Source: Alphaproteobacteria bacterium (GTDB lineage Bacteria > Pseudomonadota > Alphaproteobacteria > UBA7887). Taken from it: DNA of 64,000 bases. The translations under genes and the position numbers were made by a program. Numbering within the stretch: the first letter of the stretch is position 1; every line of letters begins with the position of its first letter. Under the pieces are notes generated by a model that was not told the origin of the DNA, did no database searches, and saw nothing but the letters and a program-made list of their open reading frames with translations. Shown one piece after another: positions 60,508-64,000 of this stretch. The stretch covers positions 960,001-1,024,000 of the forward strand of contig CBDCGL010000011.1 of assembly GCA_965216755.1 (NCBI GenBank), written 5' to 3'.

Positions 60508-61641
60508 CTACATGTCCTCAACGTAGTCATAGCCGCCGTTGCTCCATTCATAAAACACGTAGCCAGGTGCCGTGACGTCGCCTTTTTCATCGAAACCAAT
60601 AGTCCCGAGCACGGTTTCAAACGAGCCGGCACGCAATGCTTCTGCAAGTGCCTCGACATCGGTACTTCCGGCGTCCTCGGCAGCTTGCGCAAAGGCTTGG
60701 ATCGCCGCATAGGTGTACAGCGTATAACCTTCCGGTGTGAAGCCTTGCGCCAAAAAACGCTCCACGACATCAGCCGCGGCCGGATCTTTCGCCGGGTCCG
60801 GGCTAAACGAGAACAGCGTCCCCTCACCGGCGGCGCCCGTAATCGACCAAAACTCCTCGGTCACCAGAGCATCGCCCGAGACCAGCGTGGCTTCCAGTCC
60901 TTGTTCACGGGCCTGACGGACGATTAGACCGGCTTCGGTGTGGTAACCACCAACATAGATGACATCGACTTGCTCGGCCTTCAGCTTGCTAACCAGTGCT
61001 GAGTAATCTTTCTCGCCGGCCGTATATGCTTCATAGATGGCTTCTTCAATCCCCAATTTGGCCAGCGATTTACGTGTCTCGTCAGCCAAGCCTTTGCCAT
61101 ACGCCGTTTTGTCATGGAGGATGGCGATACGTGCGCCAGAGTACCGGTCAGCCAGGAAAGCCCCAGCGATAGCGCCTTGTTGATCGTCGCGGCCGCATGT
61201 GCGGAAGACGTTGTCCAAGCCCTGTTCGGTCAGCGTTGGATTGGTCGAGGCTGGTGAGATCTGCAAAATGCCTTCTTCGTAATAAACCTCTGATGCTGGG
61301 ATGGAGGTGCTCGAACAGAAATGGCCAGCCATAAAGACAATGCCTTTGTTCGCCATCTGATTGGCCACCGCCACGGCTTGCTTGGCCTCACAGGCATCGT
61401 CACCCACTTCGAGCACGAGATCGGCGCCCAAAACGCCGCCGGCCGCGTTGATGTCTTGCACCGCCATTTCGGCGCCGCGGAGCATCTGCTCGCCAAAGAT
61501 CGCGTATTGACCTGTAATCGGGCCCGCGACGCCAATCTGAAGATCGTCGGCCATAGCCACGCCGCCAGCGCCGGCCATCAAGACAGAAGCCGCCGCCGCA
61601 AGGCCCGTTCGGCGGATATACCTGCATATCTTTTCGGTCAT
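60508..61641 (-). CDS. livK: Branched-chain amino acid ABC transporter substrate-binding protein
   Basis: IGVAGPITGQYA, DDAC..KQAVAVAN, GHFCSS, FRTCGRDDQQG, HDKTAYGKGLA. Confidence 0.93.
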   Translation of the reverse strand: MTEKICRYIRRTGLAAAASVLMAGAGGVAMADDLQIGVAGPITGQYAIFGEQMLRGAEMAVQDINAAGGVLGADLVLEVGDDACEAKQAVAVANQMANKGIVFMAGHFCSSTSIPASEVYYEEGILQISPASTNPTLTEQGLDNVFRTCGRDDQQGAIAGAFLADRYSGARIAILHDKTAYGKGLADETRKSLAKLGIEEAIYEAYTAGEKDYSALVSKLKAEQVDVIYVGGYHTEAGLIVRQAREQGLEATLVSGDALVTEEFWSITGAAGEGTLFSFSPDPAKDPAAADVVERFLAQGFTPEGYTLYTYAAIQAFAQAAEDAGSTDVEALAEALRAGSFETVLGTIGFDEKGDVTAPGYVFYEWSNGGYDYVEDM

Positions 61642-61763
61642 ATGATTAAAAGCTCCTCATTTCCCCAAGCGCGCTCCCCTCGATCATCCCGTCTGGCAGC
61701 GACCACAAGCATTCATATTGTAAGAGGCACGAAATCCACCAAGCGGTACTCCACTACCAAATC

Positions 61764-62105
61764 CTAGCCTCGTGCTCGAAAGCGCCAAAGGCCATGCCGC
61801 TCATATAACCAGGGATATTGGCGGACTGTCTCGGTGACATGCGCGATACGGTATGAAATCAGCGCCATCGTCATGATCACGGCGACGTCAAAAACATAGC
61901 CGATCGGCGACAGCAACGGACCATCGAACAACGCATATACGAGAAATCGGTCGGCCACACCCAAGCCGAGGGAAGCAAAAACAACTTGCCACACCGGTCG
62001 CCAGCGCTGCGCCAACGCATGGCCGGTCAAGACTCCGGCGCCGCCGATTATCACGACGGTCAGACACACGAATACGGCAACCGATGTGCCGGACAGTGCG
62101 TGCAT
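61764..62105 (-). CDS. Small membrane protein of alphaproteobacterial liv operons (DUF6867-like)
   Basis: TG.ALA..WRP, RFL.YALF...LLS, QYPWLYER; lies between livF and livK. Confidence 0.8.
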   Translation of the reverse strand: MHALSGTSVAVFVCLTVVIIGGAGVLTGHALAQRWRPVWQVVFASLGLGVADRFLVYALFDGPLLSPIGYVFDVAVIMTMALISYRIAHVTETVRQYPWLYERHGLWRFRARG

Positions 62106-62273
62106 TGCGGTGCACTCGCGTTGGTGAAGTCCCTTTGCACTGGGAAGGATAGCGCGGATCCCTTTGCGCGGCTAGCAGATCCTTGCTTCATGAAATGCGG
62201 AGATTGACCATTAACATATTGTTTTTTATGGAATTGAACCCGCGTGTGCGCGTTCAGTTTGACGGCAGTCGAA

Positions 62274-62987
62274 CTATCTTCCGCCTTCCAAGTAAGCGGC
62301 CCGAACTTCACTATTGGACAGCAACTCCTCGCCCGTACCGCTCAACACGATACGACCATTGGCCATCACATAGCCACGATGAGCGAGCCGCAACGCGTGA
62401 TAGGCGTTCTGCTCCACCAAGAGGATGGTGACGCCTTGATCACGATTGATTGTGGCGATGACATCAAAGATCTGTTTGACGATCATCGGCGCCAACCCCA
62501 ACGACGGCTCGTCGAGCAACAGCAAACGAGGCCGGCTCATCAGCGCACGCGCGATCGCGAGCATTTGCTGTTCCCCGCCCGACATCGTCCCTCCGCGCTG
62601 AGCCTGCCTTTCGCGCAGGACGGGAAACAATGTGAATACCCGCTCTATGTCGTCGTCAAGATAGGCCGAGTCAGCTGTCACCGCGCCCATTTGAAGATTT
62701 TCGAGCACGGACATGCGCGGAAAAACGCGCCGCCCCTCTGGAGCTTGAGCGATGCCGCGCCGAATGATGCGAAATGTCGCCTCGTCTGTGATGTCTTGGC
62801 TGTCGAACATGATGCGGCCCTGCGCCGCCTTCGGATTGCCGCAAATCGACATCAACAGTGTCGACTTTCCCGCACCATTGGCGCCGATCAATGTCACAAT
62901 CTCGCCATCGCCAACTTCCAGCTCGACACCGCGCAAAGCCTGGATGGCACCATAGAAAACCTCCAAATCTTGTACATGCAGCATCAT
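62274..62987 (-). CDS. livF: Branched-chain amino acid ABC ATPase
   Basis: GANGAGKST, PEGRRVF, MSGGEQQMLA, LDEPSLGLAP, AYLEG. Confidence 0.95.
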   Translation of the reverse strand: MMLHVQDLEVFYGAIQALRGVELEVGDGEIVTLIGANGAGKSTLLMSICGNPKAAQGRIMFDSQDITDEATFRIIRRGIAQAPEGRRVFPRMSVLENLQMGAVTADSAYLDDDIERVFTLFPVLRERQAQRGGTMSGGEQQMLAIARALMSRPRLLLLDEPSLGLAPMIVKQIFDVIATINRDQGVTILLVEQNAYHALRLAHRGYVMANGRIVLSGTGEELLSNSEVRAAYLEGGR

Positions 62988-63835
62988 CGCGGCCGCTCGT
63001 GGCTCACATCGCCAGACACCACCTGAGGTAGCTCTGCGTCTTCTTCTTCGCCAAGATAGGCGCGGATTACGGCCGGATCCTGCCTCACTTCGTCGGTCGT
63101 TCCAGAAGCGATCAGACGACCATAGTCGAGCACCACCACATGGTCCGAGATTTCCATGACAACGTTCATATCGTGCTCGATCAGCAATAGACCGATCTTG
63201 TGTTCGTCACGAATTTCCCGCAGCAAGGCGTTGAGTTCGGCCGACTCTTTTGGATTGAGGCCAGCGGCGGGCTCATCCAGACACAAAAGGACTGGTTCCG
63301 TACACATGGCGCGCGCGATTTCCAACCGCCTTTGGTCGCCATACGGCAATGCGCCGGCTGGATCATCAGCGCGGTCGGTCAAGTCGATGCGGTCCAGCCA
63401 ATAGCATGCCTTGTCAATCGCCGTGGCCTCGGCATGTCGGTAACGCGAAAGGCGCAGCAAACCGGCTATCGAAAAAGCCGAAGCCGACATCAAGGCATTG
63501 TGCTGGGCAACAATCAAGTTCTCCAGAACCGACATGGCTTCGAACAAGCGAATGTTCTGAAATGTTCGCGCGACCCCGATACGGGCGATACGAAAGCCAT
63601 CCATCTGTTCCAAAAAATGTGGCTGACGATCGCGCCCAACCAGGGTCAGTCGGCCAATCGTCGGGCTGTAGAAACCGGTCAGACAATTGAATACGGTCGT
63701 CTTCCCGGCGCCGTTAGGTCCGATGATTGCAGTGATTTTTTGGTCGGCGGCAACAAACGACAAATCGTCAATTGCAAGCAGGCCACCGAAGCGCATGGTC
63801 AAATGCTCGACGTTGAGAAGCGCGCCGTCGCTCAT
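62984..63835 (-). CDS. livG: Branched-chain amino acid ABC ATPase
   Basis: MRFGGL, GPNGAGKTT, ARTFQNIRLF, LPYGDQRRLEIARA, LDEPAAGLN. Confidence 0.95.
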   Translation of the reverse strand: MSDGALLNVEHLTMRFGGLLAIDDLSFVAADQKITAIIGPNGAGKTTVFNCLTGFYSPTIGRLTLVGRDRQPHFLEQMDGFRIARIGVARTFQNIRLFEAMSVLENLIVAQHNALMSASAFSIAGLLRLSRYRHAEATAIDKACYWLDRIDLTDRADDPAGALPYGDQRRLEIARAMCTEPVLLCLDEPAAGLNPKESAELNALLREIRDEHKIGLLLIEHDMNVVMEISDHVVVLDYGRLIASGTTDEVRQDPAVIRAYLGEEEDAELPQVVSGDVSHERPR

Positions 63836-64000
63836 GGTGGACCGGACCGCGCCGCTGTCTTCAAGCGAATAGTTGGCTCACGATGGGCGAGCAGGCCGCT
63901 CGGTCGCCAGATCATGATCAGCACCATGGCACTGCCGAATACGAGAACGCGATATTCCGAGAATTCACGCAGGACCTCGGGCAGCAGGATGATGGCCGCC
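63832..64000 (-). CDS. livM: Branched-chain amino acid ABC permease, C-terminal part (runs off window)
   Basis: LPEVLREFSEYRVLVFG..MVLIMIWRPSGL; stop overlaps the livG ATG. Confidence 0.88.
   Translation of the reverse strand, partial: AAIILLPEVLREFSEYRVLVFGSAMVLIMIWRPSGLLAHREPTIRLKTAARSGPP

Overview
GC-rich alphaproteobacterial chromosomal segment. It is probably Rhodospirillales-like, because tRNA-His retains G-1/C73. The core backbone is tRNA-Val, hupB, lon, clpX, clpP, tig, tRNA-Leu, nnr, tRNA-His, glnB-glnA (with a sigma54 promoter and two NtrC boxes), parE, bioB and the end of a liv operon. The most notable accessory block (16.5-28.6 kb) is an envelope uptake module. It contains an OprO/P porin, a candidate ~140-nt sigma54-dependent sRNA (consensus -24/-12 promoter, palindromic upstream sites, strong terminator) and an atypical histidine kinase with a sigma54 activator. 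These are followed by a LutH-like TonB-dependent receptor with a highly acidic loop, ExbB, two ExbDs (one with the essential Asp replaced by Asn), a very long TonB and a Sel1 protein. Other unexplained modules are a RidA/twin-TPR/'HACGCYH' lipoprotein cluster, a three-lipoprotein M48 protease cluster, bioB-pxpA-biotinyl carrier, a TorT-like ABC importer, a stand-alone PodJ N-terminal protein and a cytochrome P460. Decay is visible in an IS5 relic carrying a passenger gene next to a truncated EAL domain. It is also visible in a largely pseudogenised RpoE-ChrR/furan-fatty-acid (singlet oxygen) cluster in which only the cfa/ufaM methyltransferase remains intact. All family assignments are by motif recognition from memory; no database searches were run.
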